A stretch of DNA of 32,000 bases from positions 404,863 through 436,862 of the forward strand of contig GG663746.1 in assembly GCA_000151265.1 (NCBI GenBank). The letters run 5' to 3'. Positions 8,643-19,033 of this stretch are shown piece by piece. Numbering within the stretch: the stretch's first letter is position 1; every line of letters begins with the position of its first letter. The position numbers and the translations under genes were made by a program. This DNA comes from Micromonas pusilla (taxonomy: Eukaryota). The notes under the pieces were generated by a model, which had not been told where the DNA came from, ran no database searches, and worked only from the letters and a program-made list of their open reading frames with translations.

Positions 8643-10278
8643 GCGCTCTCGCCCGCTCCACCTCCCCGAACCAGTCCGTCCTGTACACGATGAAACATAT
8701 GATCAGCGAGTGCACCACCGTCCCGACGGTCGCGCCGATCGCGAGCCCCATCGCGCCCATCTTCGGCGGCCCGAACGCGAGGTAGACGGCGAGGGGTATC
8801 CCCACGACGTAGTACGCGAAAAAAACCACCGGCCCGGCGACCGCCTGCCTCCCGCACGCTTTGATCACGCCCGTCGCGACGCACAGGACGCCGTCGAACG
8901 CGGTGTATATCGCGAGCGGCACGAGCAGCGCGGACACGAGAGACACGACGTCGTCGTCGGCGGAGTAGATTTTCCCCCACGACTTTCTCGCGAGGAGAAT
9001 AACCGCCGACACCGCCGCCTCGACGATCAAGATCAACACGAACGCGCACCGCGCGGCGTGGCGCGCGCGCGCGGGCGCGCGTGATCCGAGCTCGTTACCC
9101 GCGCGCGCCGCCACCGCGACGCTGAACCCGACGGGGATCATGAACGCGAGCGCGTTCGTGACCTGGAAGATGCTCACCCCCGCGACGTTTCGCTCCGGGT
9201 TCGGGAGGTAGCCGGCGATGAGGATGTTCGCCTCGGACGCCCACCACTCGCCCATCATGAGCACGCCCGGGAGCGCGAGCCTCAGGAACGCGGGCCAGTC
9301 GGAGAAGGCGTCGCGAGCGCTCCAGCCGGTCCACGTCGCGCGTCGCGCGCGTCGGAGCGATTCGCTCGGGTCCTCGTCCGCGCCCGCGTCCCGGGTTTCG
9401 TTTTTTTCGTGTATTTCGCGAATTTCGCGAATTTCGTCGCCGTCGTCGCCGCCGCCGCGCCGCCGCGAATGGAACCGCACGAGGTACGCCACGTTGATCG
9501 TCAACACGACGCCGTTGCTCCACGACGTCGCGAGCGCGGCGCCGACGTACCCGAGCCCGAGCGCGCGCATGAACACGACGTTCGCGGGGACGTGCAAGAC
9601 GGCGGCGACGACGCCGGCGACGGCGCTCGGCTTGGTCAGCCGTTGCGACTGCATGAACCCCTGCACGCATATGTTCCACGCGTAGAACACCAGACCGGGG
9701 ATGAGCGCGATGATGTACCGCCCGGCGACGCGCGAGATTTCTTCGTCTTGCCCCATCGCGAGCAGCAGCGACGTCGCGTTCGCCCACAGGACGCAGATTG
9801 GAATCGCCGCGAGCGTCAAGATGATGAGCGCGCGTTGGAGGACGCCTCCGAGCGACGAATACGCTCTCGCGCCGAACGCGGCGCCGCACAGCGTGGTCAC
9901 CGCGCTCGCCATGCCGACCATGATGGAGTTCCCGGTGACGTTTCCGAGCGTCGTCGCGAGCGCCGCGCCCGCGAGCGGGAGCGGGCCGAGGTGACCGACG
10001 AACGCGACGGACGTGAGCGACATGACGCGGTTGCAGATCATGGAGAGGCTGACGGGGAGCGCGAGCGCGAGCTGCGCGGCGGACTCGCCGCGGAAGCCGC
10101 CGAGCGCGCGCGACGCCGCCGCGTGGTCGTCGGACGTCAGCCGCGACGACGGGGACGACGACGATGACGACGACGGCTTAGAAGCCGCGTCGTCGTCGTC
10201 GTCGTCCGCGAGGACGCCGTACGCGGCGCCGCGCGCGGATCTCGCGCCGCGCCCGGGCGGCGGCGAGCTCGCCATCAT
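8491..10278 (-). CDS. MATE (multidrug and toxic compound extrusion) family transporter
   Basis: Continuous ORF from ATG 10278 (MMASSPPP...) to TGA 8491-8493. About 12 hydrophobic segments and typical MATE stretches are present: LALPVSLSMICNRVMSLTSVAFVGHLG, TLCGAAFGA, LRLALPGVLMMGEWWASE, ARAGNELG and GVIKACGRQ. There is an acidic/basic central loop and a Gly11 tract near the C-terminus. The 109 codons upstream in the track ORF run through the tRNA gene and are not coding. Confidence 0.88.
8605..8637 (-). repeat. (GCC)11 trinucleotide repeat encoding Gly11 in the MATE C-terminal tail
   Basis: Read directly from the sequence. The translation is LGGGGGGGGGGGDDGDD. Confidence 0.9.
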
Positions 10279-10561
10279 CGCGCGCGACGACGGCGCCGCG
10301 CGCGCGCCCCTCGCGTCGCGGCCGGCTCCTTCTCCGCCGGCGACGCGCGCGCGGCCGCGACGGCCGCGGTGTCGGAGGAAGTGACGTGGGTACGTCTCGA
10401 GCTCTCGACTCTCGAGAGTGCCAAAAAAAAAAGTGCGACGACGACTGGGAAAACGGACGCGCGCGACGCCGCCGCCGCGTCGAACGCTCGCGAACCGACT
10501 CGAAAACCGCGCGCGCGCACCGACGACGACCGCCGCGCGACGACGCCTCGAAAAGAAATGC

Positions 10562-10566
10562 AAAAA
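10562..10566 (-). terminator. Pol III-type T5 run immediately 3' of tRNA-Pro(CGG)
   Basis: The minus strand reads ...AAGCCCCC TA TTTTT G, starting 3 nt after the discriminator base. Confidence 0.55.
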
Positions 10567-10568
10567 TA

Positions 10569-10640
10569 GGGGGCTTGGGGGAATCGAACCCCCGACCACT
10601 CCCACCCGAAGGGAATATCATGCCACTAGACCAAAGCCCC
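10569..10640 (-). tRNA. tRNA-Pro (anticodon CGG), intronless, 72 nt
   Basis: The minus strand reads GGGGCTT TG GTCT AGTGGCA TGAT A TTCCC TTCGGGT GGGAG TGGTC GGGGG TTCGATT CCCCC AAGCCCC C. Acceptor pairing is perfect and the anticodon loop carries CGG. TATTTTT follows. Confidence 0.9.
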
Positions 10641-10840
10641 GCGCGTTCGCGCGGATGATACCGTAAACCTGCCGATTCGGCAGGGGGTGTGAAAGCGTCG
10701 AAACCGAATTCGACACAGGGGTTTTCGTGCCGATTTCGGCGACTTTTGGAAATATGTACAGTACACGCGTACGCGAGCGACCCCGAGACCCGACACCCCG
10801 GCCCTCGTACTTTCCGCTGACGGAACCCGCGCGGCAGTCG

Positions 10841-11974
10841 ATGTGGCGCTTCCTCGGTCGCGGCGTCGCGACGCGCGTCGCGCGCGCGTCCCTTCGGGGG
10901 AACGCGACGCGCGTCGCGACGTGCGATGTCTCCGCGTCGTTCGGAAGCGTCCTCGCCCGCGGGTTCGCGGCGACCACGGCGGCGACGACGCGGACGACGA
11001 CGCCGTCGACGCCGTCGTCCGTCGTCGAGAGCTGTCGCGAGCTCGCGCGCGGGTTCGCCGCGCGGGGCGCGCGCGGGACGCCTCCGTCCCCGCGACGCGA
11101 CGCGGCCGCGTACTGGGCCGCGTGCGCGCGCGAGAGACCGCTCGGCGCGAGCGCGAGCGCCGCGGCGGCGGTCGCGAGGCTGAGATCTCCCCGCGCGCCG
11201 TCGTCGCTCTTTCCGTCGCGACAGCGAGACAGAGTTGGCACCCGTGTGGCGTCTCAGCGCGCGTCGCGTTCTTACCGCGCCCACGTCCGATACGCGCCGG
11301 GGAGCGCGATGACGGGCGAGCACATGCTCTACGCGATCGCGCTCGCCAACGTCGCGGTGTTCGCGGCGTGGCACAACCTCGATCCGCGGTTCATGCGCGC
11401 GAACTTTCTCGTGAGCGAGGAGTCGATAAAGCGCGGGCGATGGCACACGCTGTTGACGTCGGCGTTTTCGCACCGCGACGTCTCGCACCTCGCGGCGAAC
11501 ATGCTCGCGCTGTACTTCTTCGGCAGGGACGTCGCGCGCGCGCTGGGCCCGGCGGCGCTGCTGAACCTGTACGTCGTCGCCGGCGTCGTCGCGAGCGGCG
11601 CGCACGTCGCGTGGTGCGAGTACAAACGCGCCGAGCGCGCGCCGAAGGGACGCGGGATCTTCCAGAGCGCCGGTCGGTATTGGGAGAACAACGTCGGGTA
11701 CCTCACGACCCCGCCCGCGCTCGGCGCGAGCGGCGCGGTCAACGCGATCGTCCTCCTTAACGCGCTGCTTTGGCCGGGCAGCACCGTGTATCTGTACATG
11801 GTGCTCCCGGTGCCGAACGCGGTCCTCGCGGCGGCGTTCGTCGCCAGGGATTATTACGGCGCGCGGTTGGGGCTGGGGGAGAGCGGGGTCGGGCACGCCG
11901 CGCACTTGGGCGGCGCCGCGGTGGGCGCCGCGGCGTGGGGTGGGTTGATGCTGAAGCGGATGGCGCGGAGGTGA
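10841..11974 (+). CDS. Rhomboid-family intramembrane serine protease (PARL/RBL-like) with a long presequence-like N-terminus
   Basis: Motifs present: RWHTLLTSAFSHRDVSHLAANMLALYFFG (the HxxxxHxxxN type), the catalytic GASGAV and the catalytic-His region GHAAHLGGAAVG. ATG 10841 (MWRFLGRG...) is preferred over ATG 10754, because codons between them have poor GC3 bias. TGA at 11972-11974. Confidence 0.82.
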   Translation: MWRFLGRGVATRVARASLRGNATRVATCDVSASFGSVLARGFAATTAATTRTTTPSTPSSVVESCRELARGFAARGARGTPPSPRRDAAAYWAACARERPLGASASAAAAVARLRSPRAPSSLFPSRQRDRVGTRVASQRASRSYRAHVRYAPGSAMTGEHMLYAIALANVAVFAAWHNLDPRFMRANFLVSEESIKRGRWHTLLTSAFSHRDVSHLAANMLALYFFGRDVARALGPAALLNLYVVAGVVASGAHVAWCEYKRAERAPKGRGIFQSAGRYWENNVGYLTTPPALGASGAVNAIVLLNALLWPGSTVYLYMVLPVPNAVLAAAFVARDYYGARLGLGESGVGHAAHLGGAAVGAAAWGGLMLKRMARR

Positions 11975-12229
11975 GGCGGTCGGGGGAGGGCGCGGCGGGG
12001 CGGCGGCGCGTCTAGTAGGGGGATCTACTACGGTAGAATTGAAAAGGCTGGCGTCGCGGAGTCGCGTTGAATTGTGAATTGGGTCGCTCTTTACTTACAA
12101 TCATTCCGTCGTCGTTCGCGTCGTTCCGTCGCCGCCTCTCGAGCTTTTCCTCGATGGCGGACGTCCGACGGATCGCGGCGGTTCACACGTCGCGCGCGCG
12201 GGTCTAAAACCCCGTCGATCGCCCGCCGC

Positions 12230-12817
12230 TCACTTCGGCTTGCACCACCGCGCCTGGTGCATGGCCATCCCGGCTTTGTTCATCGGACCCTTGCCGCACT
12301 TGGCGCACGTGAGCGTCTTCGGCTCGGGCGTCTTCGGCGTCTTCGCGCCCGCGGCGGGCTTCGCGGCGGCAGCCTTCGGGGTCTTGAGGACCGCGCCCGG
12401 CCCCTTGCACCAACGCGCCTGGTGCATCGCGAGGCCGGCTTTGTTCATCGGTCCCTTCTTGCACTTGTCGCAGAAGAGCGTCTTCTCCTCGCTGACGCGC
12501 TCGCCCTTCTTCGCTCGCCTGCTCGCCTTCTTCAGCCTGCGACTGAGCTCCGCGATGGTCACGTCGTCGTCGTCGGCGAGGTCGCCTAAGTTACCCGGGG
12601 GAGCCGCCGGGCGGTCCTTCTTCTTGCACCACCGCGCCTCGTGCATCGCGAGCCCGGCTTTGTTCATCGGACCCATCGAGCATCTGGGACAGAAGAGCGT
12701 CTTCGGCTCGCTCACGGTCGTCTTCGGGCTCTTCGCGATCTTCTTCGCCGGCGTGACCGACTTCACGGGCACGCCTGGGGTGCTTGATTTAGCCGGGGTC
12801 TTTTTCTTAGGCGCCAT
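12230..12817 (-). CDS. Small Lys/Pro/Ala-rich protein with three C2HC-type zinc-finger repeats (C-x2-C-x12-H-x4-C)
   Basis: ATG 12817 (MAPKKKTPAK...) to TGA 12230-12232, 195 aa. There are three copies of KTL(F/T)C..C..GPMNKAG(L/M)AMH(E/Q)ARWCK, separated by AKP-rich basic linkers. Codon bias is good. The mirror ORF on + (12240-12827) has no ATG start (the ORF track opens it at TTG) and a hydrophobic nonsense-like composition. Confidence 0.8.
   Translation of the reverse strand: MAPKKKTPAKSSTPGVPVKSVTPAKKIAKSPKTTVSEPKTLFCPRCSMGPMNKAGLAMHEARWCKKKDRPAAPPGNLGDLADDDDVTIAELSRRLKKASRRAKKGERVSEEKTLFCDKCKKGPMNKAGLAMHQARWCKGPGAVLKTPKAAAAKPAAGAKTPKTPEPKTLTCAKCGKGPMNKAGMAMHQARWCKPK
12241..12709 (-). repeat. 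Three dispersed copies of an ~85-nt coding repeat (12241-12325, 12406-12490, 12625-12709), each encoding one C2HC finger unit
   Basis: Plus-strand units all follow tgcacca(c/a)cgcgcct(g/c)gtgcat...ggctttgttcatcgg(a/t)ccc...agcgtcttc. They are visibly similar at the nucleotide level as well as the protein level. Confidence 0.85.
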
Positions 12818-13102
12818 GATGACGTGAGGCGCGTCGCGTGCAATGCGCGCGCGCGGGGGAGAATTCTAGCCAATTCAACGGTCCATATTCGTGACTGAAA
12901 ACCTGTGACGTAAGTACTTGTACTCCTCGCGAAACGCATTCTCGCGTTCAGATTGAGGATAACGATTTGACCAAAAACGCATAGGGTTTTTCTCGCGAAC
13001 CGTATTACATCTGAACGCGCTTTTCGACCATCGGTCGTAAATTCCCGTATTAAAATTTCAAAAAATCGAACGCGAACGCGGAAAATTCTCTCTCGTCCCT
13101 CG

Positions 13103-13280
13103 TCAGTCCAACGGCGCCTGAGGGTGCGTCGAGGGCGATTTCCTCGCCGCCCGTCGCGCCGGGAGCTGCATCCCGAGCCCGCGCGCGACCTCATGCGTCT
13201 CCTCGTTCGGCTCCGGCGTCCCCGCCGCGGCCAAGCGCGCCTCCGCGGCCGCCGCCGCCGCCTCTCGCGCGTCCGCGACG

Positions 13281-13311
<31 letters not shown>

Positions 13312-16300
13312 TCGAGCGCTCGGGGGAAGAAGACGGAACGTCAACCGACGCGTCGCTCGCCTCGGGAAGCGCCGGCGGGGTGTCGTCCACGGCCTCGGTC
13401 CACGTCGTCGTCGGAGGCGGCGACGGAGGCGGCGACGGCGGGTCCGGTTCCATGTCCGCGGCGGCGACGACCGGGGCGGGGTCGGGAGGAGGAGGCGCGG
13501 ACGCGGACGCCGACGCGGACGCCGACGCGGACGCGGGCGCCGCCTCGGGCGCGAGCGTGTACCCGCCGCCGGGGACGGGCACGAGCCGAAGCCGCTGCGT
13601 CGTCGGCCGCGCGCCGTCGGTCGCCGCGCCGCCGGTGACGTCCTGCAGGTTATTCAGCAGGGTGCTCATCAGCTCCTGGAACATCTGCGGCGCGGGAGCC
13701 GACCCCTCGGCCGATCCTCCCTCCGCCGGTCGCCGATCCGGCGCGGGCTGCTGCTGTCGGGCGGAGTCGAGGCTCCCGAGCACCGCGCTCATCATCTGCT
13801 GGAACGCCTCCGGGATCGTCCCCGACGAATCCGCGGATTCGGACGCTCGCGGCGGCGGCGGCGGCGGCGGCGCGTCTCGCGCCCCCTCCCCCTCCCCCTC
13901 CGCCGCCGGCGCCGGCGCCGCCGACGGCGCGCGCGAGACCGTCACCGTCTGGAACCTGTGCACCACGCGTCCGTTCGAATCCACGCTCGTTGTGTGTGTC
14001 ACGCCGCCGTTCGCGATCGCGGGCGCCGTCGTCGAGCTCGCAGCGGCGGCGGCGGCGGCGGCCGCCAACACGCTCGGCGGCGCGGCGTCGCCGCCGAGCG
14101 TGTTGGCGTTGAACTCGAACCGAAACGACGACCGCGGCGGATCCGTCGCGGCGGCCGCGGCCGTCGTGTTCGTGCTCACGGAGTCCATCCGCGCGCTCTG
14201 CGTCTGCGTGTCGTCCGTCGCGACCGCGGGCGACGCCTGCGTCCCTTGGCTCCGCTTCACCGACGCCGCCGCGCGTCGCGGCCGCTCGCGGTCGCGCCTC
14301 GCGCCGCCGCCTCTGACGGCGTCGAAAACGTTCGCGAGGAAACCGAGCGGCCCTCTTCTCCCCTCGCGTCTTCGTCGTCGTCTCGCGTCCTCTTCCTCGC
14401 GCTCCGCCGAGGATCGACGACGATTAGTAGTCCCGGATCCAGATCCCGCCGACGCCTCCTCCTCCTCGTTCGGCGGCGTGCGCATCCCCGTGGACGTGTC
14501 CGCCGTGGGCGGCGGCGGCGGCGTCTGCGCGTCCGACGTCGTGCGCGTCGAGGGACTCGCGCGACGCCGACGCGCCGAGTTAGAGTTTAGGCGAACGCCG
14601 CCGGGCGGCGGCGGGGGGTACTGCGACGTGCCGCCGGGACGCGCCGGCGCGGGCGGGTAGGACCGCGGCGCGGGCGAGGGCGCGGCGGCGCCGCCGGCGC
14701 CGCCTCCGTCGCGGATGGCGAGCGCCGCGTGCATCGCCGTCGCCGCCTGGTCGTGCCGCCGCTGGAGGCGTTCGAGCTGCGACTCGAGCTGAGACAGCAT
14801 CTGTCGCAACGCGTCGGGGGGGGTCTGGCCGTCCGACCACGCGCCAGCGACAGCCTCTCGCGCGTCGCGCGCGGCGCGCTGCGCCGCGCGGAGCTGACGA
14901 TCGACGGGCGGCGGCGCCGGCGGCGGACGCACAGCTGGCGCGGACGCCGCGGGCGCCGTCCTGTTCGCGCTGTCCATCAACCCCTCGCGCGCCCATCGCT
15001 CGAGCGCCGCGGCCGCGGCCGCCTCCGCGGTGTCTCCTATCCCGGCGAACCCAGAGAGCCCGGCGAGCCCGGACAGCTGCGCGCTCAGCCCGCCGTGTGC
15101 GCCGCCGCCGCCGCCGCCGCCGCCCAAGAGGTCGCTCAGGCCCGCGCTTCGCACGGACGGCCGCATCCCGAGCCCACTCAGCGGCTGCGTCCCGCCGCGC
15201 GGGTCCAAGTACATCAGCGCGGGCGCGAGGAAGTTGGAGTCGTCCGGAGCGTTCGCCGCCACCGGGGTCATCCGCGTCGTCGTCGGGCCGCTCGCGGAGA
15301 AGGGATCCGTCGCCTCCGCGTCCGTCTCGGTCGAGGTCGTCGCGTCCGCGGCGTTCGTCGCCTCTCCCGCGCCGATCGCCCCTCCCGCGAGGAACGACTC
15401 CGTCGAGAGGAACGGCGGCGGCGCCGCGACGTCGCCGTTCAACTGCACGCTCATCGCCATCCGCGCGAGGTCCATGAGCAAAGACCCGGCGTTGTGCAGC
15501 GTCATCGCCGCTCGCAGCGCGCTGCTCTGTCCTCGCGCGGCGTCGGCGTCCATACGCGACGCGCTCGCGGCAGCCTCGATGTCGCTCGCGGCGGTTCGTA
15601 TCCGCGGCATCGCGCGCTCGACGACGTCCGCGCCGGTTCGAAGCAAGTTCGAGACCTCGGCGGACGTCACCACCGGCGGGACGCGTCGAACGATCGGCGG
15701 CGGCGGCGTTTGCGTTTGCGTTTGCGTTCGCGTCTCCGTCCCCGCCGCCGCGGGCGCCGTCGCCGTCGCCTGCGCCGCCGCGACGCCCCCCACCTCCGGC
15801 GACGCCTCGGCTCGGTTCGCGTCCACGACGACCCGCGGCGCGGACGTCGGCGGCGGCATCATCCCCGGCAGCGGCAGCGGCAGACGCGCGAAGGGCGCGT
15901 GCGGCGCTTGCGTCCCTCTCCCGGAGTCGTGGCACGCCGCGCACAGGTCGTAGTCCCCCTCCGCGATGGACTTGTAGCGCTCGCCCGTGATCGGCATGAT
16001 CCCGCACGCGTCGCACTGCACGCCCGCGTGCGAGTTCCGCGCGTCCGGCGTCGCCGAGAGAGGCGCCGCCGTCGCTTCCGCCGCCGGCGCCTCCGCCGCC
16101 GGCGCTTCCGCCGCCGGCGCCTCCGTTGGCGGTCCTCCGCCCGGAGTGCTCGCGAACGACCCGCCCGCGTCGTCCGCGTCCATGTCCACCAGCGCGCGCG
16201 TCAACGCGGCCACGTGCGCGGTGATGACCGCGGCGGGATCGTACGGCGCGCGTTCGAACGTCACCGTCCGCCTCTCGCCGCCGCCGCCGGCGGCGGCGTC

Positions 16301-17074
16301 GGCGTCGGCGGGATCCGGCCGCCGCACCACGCGCGGCGCCCCGTCTGGCCCGATCGTCACCTCGAACGACATCGACGACCCGTCCGTCATCGCGGCGATC
16401 GACTCCGGGGTGATGCCCGCGGCCTGCGCGGCCGCCATCGCGGCCGCGGCGTCGCCGCCGCCGCCGATATCGTTCAAGATGCCGCCGACGATGGCGTTGA
16501 TCTGCGCGCCCCCGAGCGCCGACGTCGGCAGCGACACGCTTCCGAGCTGCACGTTGCTCCCCGCGGGGATGCGGATGAAGTCCCCGGCGGCCGCCGCGCG
16601 CTGCGTCGCGGCCGCGTGGTCGATGTCGTCGTTGCGCGCGTCGCCGACGACGTCCGGAGGGCGCGAGACGAGGAGGAGCGTGTCCCCGTCTTCCACGCGC
16701 AGATCGGACAGTCGCTGCGTGTCTTTGAGGACGCGGCCGCGGCAGATGAGGCGCTGGCGCGCGGACGGGACGCCGCACGCGGTCTCGATCGAGGACTTCA
16801 GCGTCGTGACTTCGACCTGGGGAGGGCGGCGCGCGGCGGGGGTTTTACGGGGAGCGGCGGGGACGGGAGGCGCGGGTCAGATCGCGAGCGCGAAGGTCGT
16901 TCGTCGTCGACGACTACGACGCTGGAAGGAAATGGACGGAAAGAGAAGCGACGCGAGGACGCGAGGACGCACGTCGCTCGGGACCGTCAGGGCGTGCTGC
17001 CCCTCCGGCTCTTGCTGCCGGACGCGGATGCGGATCTCCCTCGGCTCCGGCGGGGACGTCGCGGCGTCGGCCAT
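13103..17074 (-). CDS. Large low-complexity protein with an N-terminal ubiquitin-like domain and a ZZ-type zinc finger (BAG6/Scythe-like architecture). Exons 16973-17074 and 13103-16816.
   Basis: The Ubl domain is reconstituted across the intron: MADAATSPPEPREIRIRVRQQEPEGQHALTVPSD|VEVTTLKSSIETACGVPSARQRLICRGRVLKDTQRLSDLRVEDGDTLLLVSRPP (cf. ubiquitin ...[20 protein letters not shown]...). The ZZ finger is HAGVQCDACGIMPITGERYKSIAEGDYDLCAACHDSG. The rest is Ala/Pro/Gly-rich, with repeated hydrophobic motifs (FQQMMSAVLGSL, FQELMSTLLNNL). TGA at 13103-13105. The BAG6-like label is an architectural inference. Confidence 0.75.
16817..16972 (-). other. Conventional spliceosomal intron (156 nt, GT-AG, phase 0) splitting the Ubl domain. 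It is not related to the repeat family.
   Basis: Donor GAC|GTGCGTCC, acceptor cgccctccccag|GTC. An in-frame TGA within the intron ends the exon 1 ORF (16877-17074). The junction restores a contiguous ubiquitin fold sequence. Confidence 0.8.
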
Positions 17075-17522
17075 CGCGTCCGTCCGCCGCGTGGACTCGC
17101 GGTCAACCGCCGCCGGCGCGACGTCGAGGGAGGGTGCTCGAAAAGCGAGCGGCCGACGCGGCGACTACCGCGGGGAGAGCAGATGCGACGCCGCGCGCGC
17201 GCTCGCGTCGCGCGCGCGACGCGTCCGCGATGCCGCGCCGTTCGGCGACGCGCTCGCGAGGTCGATCTCGCGCGCGGAAGGCTCGAGCGACGCGTGACTC
17301 CGCGCGTCGCGCTGTGCGTAGCGTCGACGCGTCGCGCAAACCAACCCCTCGTCTCCCTCGGACGACGACGCGCGCTGAGAATCTCTCGGATCTGCTCGTC
17401 CGCATGCGCATGCGCGGTTTCTTCCGCGCTCGTTTGCGTTTCAAACTTCAAGTACGGCCACGGTGGCCCTACCACGCCCTCTCTCGCCGCCCCGCTCGCG
17501 CCGCCAGGCCGTCCCCTCACCC

Positions 17523-18995
17523 TCACCTTCGCCCTCTGAACCGCGCCGCCTCCACCAGCGTCTCCAGCAGATCCTCCGCCTCGCGCTTCTTCAGCGTGAT
17601 CGGGAACTCGTGCCCTCGAGGCGCGCCCGGCCGCTGACCGTCTCTCAGGTAGTCCTCCACGCGCCGCGGCAGCGCGCGCAGCTCGTCGTCGCTCAGGTGC
17701 GCCTCGGGGCCGTCGTAGAACGGGCCCTCGTCCAGCCCGATCCCCTCCACCGGCGCGAGGCGGACCTGGTGCGTCGGGTACTTGCCCTGGAACGCGCTCG
17801 GGTCGTGCGCGGCGACGAACTCGGGCGGGGACGCGTTGGGGTCCGCGGGCACGGCGCGGAAGGCGCGGTACATGAACTCGCGCCGCTCGCCGTCGCTGTT
17901 GCACCCGCACATGAAGACGATCGTGTTCGGTTTGATCTTCTTCTTGAGGACTCTGCGCCCGCCCTCCTCGTCCAGCGCGATCAGGCGGTTCTCGATGCCG
18001 TGCTTGACGTACTTGTACTTCATGACCCACACGAGTCCGTTTTCGATCTCGGGGAATCGGCCCCTTCCGGGCCCGGGCCCCGCCGCGCCCCCGCGGTCGT
18101 CGAGGTCCCTCCCGCTCGCGCTGCGCTCCAACCCCCCGAGGGTCGCCGCCGCCGGCGGCGGCGGAGGTATCGCCGGCGGCGGGAACGGCGGCGGCGGCGG
18201 CGCGCTCTTCGCCGCCTCCACCGCGCGCCACGCGTCGTCGTACGCGTCCTGAAGCGTGGGCGCCCGCCGCTTAATCTCTAGAAACGTCGCCTCCGACATC
18301 CCGCGCGGGTTCCAGAACGCGTGCTCGAGCGGGCCGATACCCGCGCGCACGCCCGCGAGGTTCTTCGGCCACCGCGCGTACTTCGCCCTCAGGCGCGCGT
18401 ACGCCGCGGCGTTCTCGTCGCCGACGGCGGCGGCGCGCGCGGCGGCGTCGCCCGGCTCGGCGGCGGGCGCGCGCGTGAAAATCTCCCCCTTCTCGCGCTC
18501 GGACGCCGCCGCCGCCTTCGCCGCCTGGCTCTCCAGCAGCGCCGCGCGCGCGCGTCGCTGACGCTCTTCTCTCTCCCTGCGCTCGCGCTCGCGCTCGAGC
18601 CTCGCGTCGCGCTCTTCTCTCTCCCTGCGCGCCTTCTCCTCGCGCTCCTGCGCGACGCGGTCGCGTTCGCGTTCGCGGTCTCGGTCCGCGCGCGCCCGCG
18701 CCGCCGCCGCCGCCGCGTCCGTCGCCGGCGCCGCCGCGGCCGCGGCCGCGGCGTTCGACTTGGGTATTCTGAACCCGATCGCGGACGCGGGCGGCGGGTC
18801 TCTCGCGACCGCCTCGGAGAACTTCATCTTCTTCTCGTCCGCGGGCGCGTCCGCGTCGGGGCGGTCGCGTCGCCGCTTCTCGCCGCGGTCGTCGGACACG
18901 ACGTCCACGTCCACCTCCATCGCGACGACCGGCGGGAGGTCTCCGCGCTTCGCGACCGGTCTGTCGACTTTCTCCTCTCGCTTCGGCTCTCTCTT

Positions 18996-19033
<38 letters not shown>

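Noticed and set aside
10279-10605. N-terminal extension of the MATE ORF (track ORF 8491-10605, starting MGVVGGSIPPSPL), and similarly the end of ORF 6526-6897
   Set aside because: The extension is the translation of the tRNA-Pro gene and its flanks (VVGGSIPPSPL is the T-arm/acceptor). It has no ATG, the composition is Arg-rich, and the first in-frame ATG at 10278 gives a normal MATE N-terminus.
6780-10640. The inverted pair of similar tRNA-Pro genes flanking the sirtuin and MATE genes, considered as boundaries of a mobile or integrated island
   Set aside because: Similarity is confined to the tRNA bodies themselves. There are no extended inverted repeats and no integrase or transposase. Composition and codon bias of the enclosed genes are indistinguishable from the neighbouring genes.
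12240-12827. A plus-strand 195-aa ORF mirroring the C2HC zinc-finger gene
   Set aside because: It has no ATG start (the ORF track opens it at TTG). The sequence is hydrophobic and repetitive without motifs. The minus strand gives an ATG-initiated, Lys-rich protein with three regularly spaced Cys/His motifs and better codon usage.
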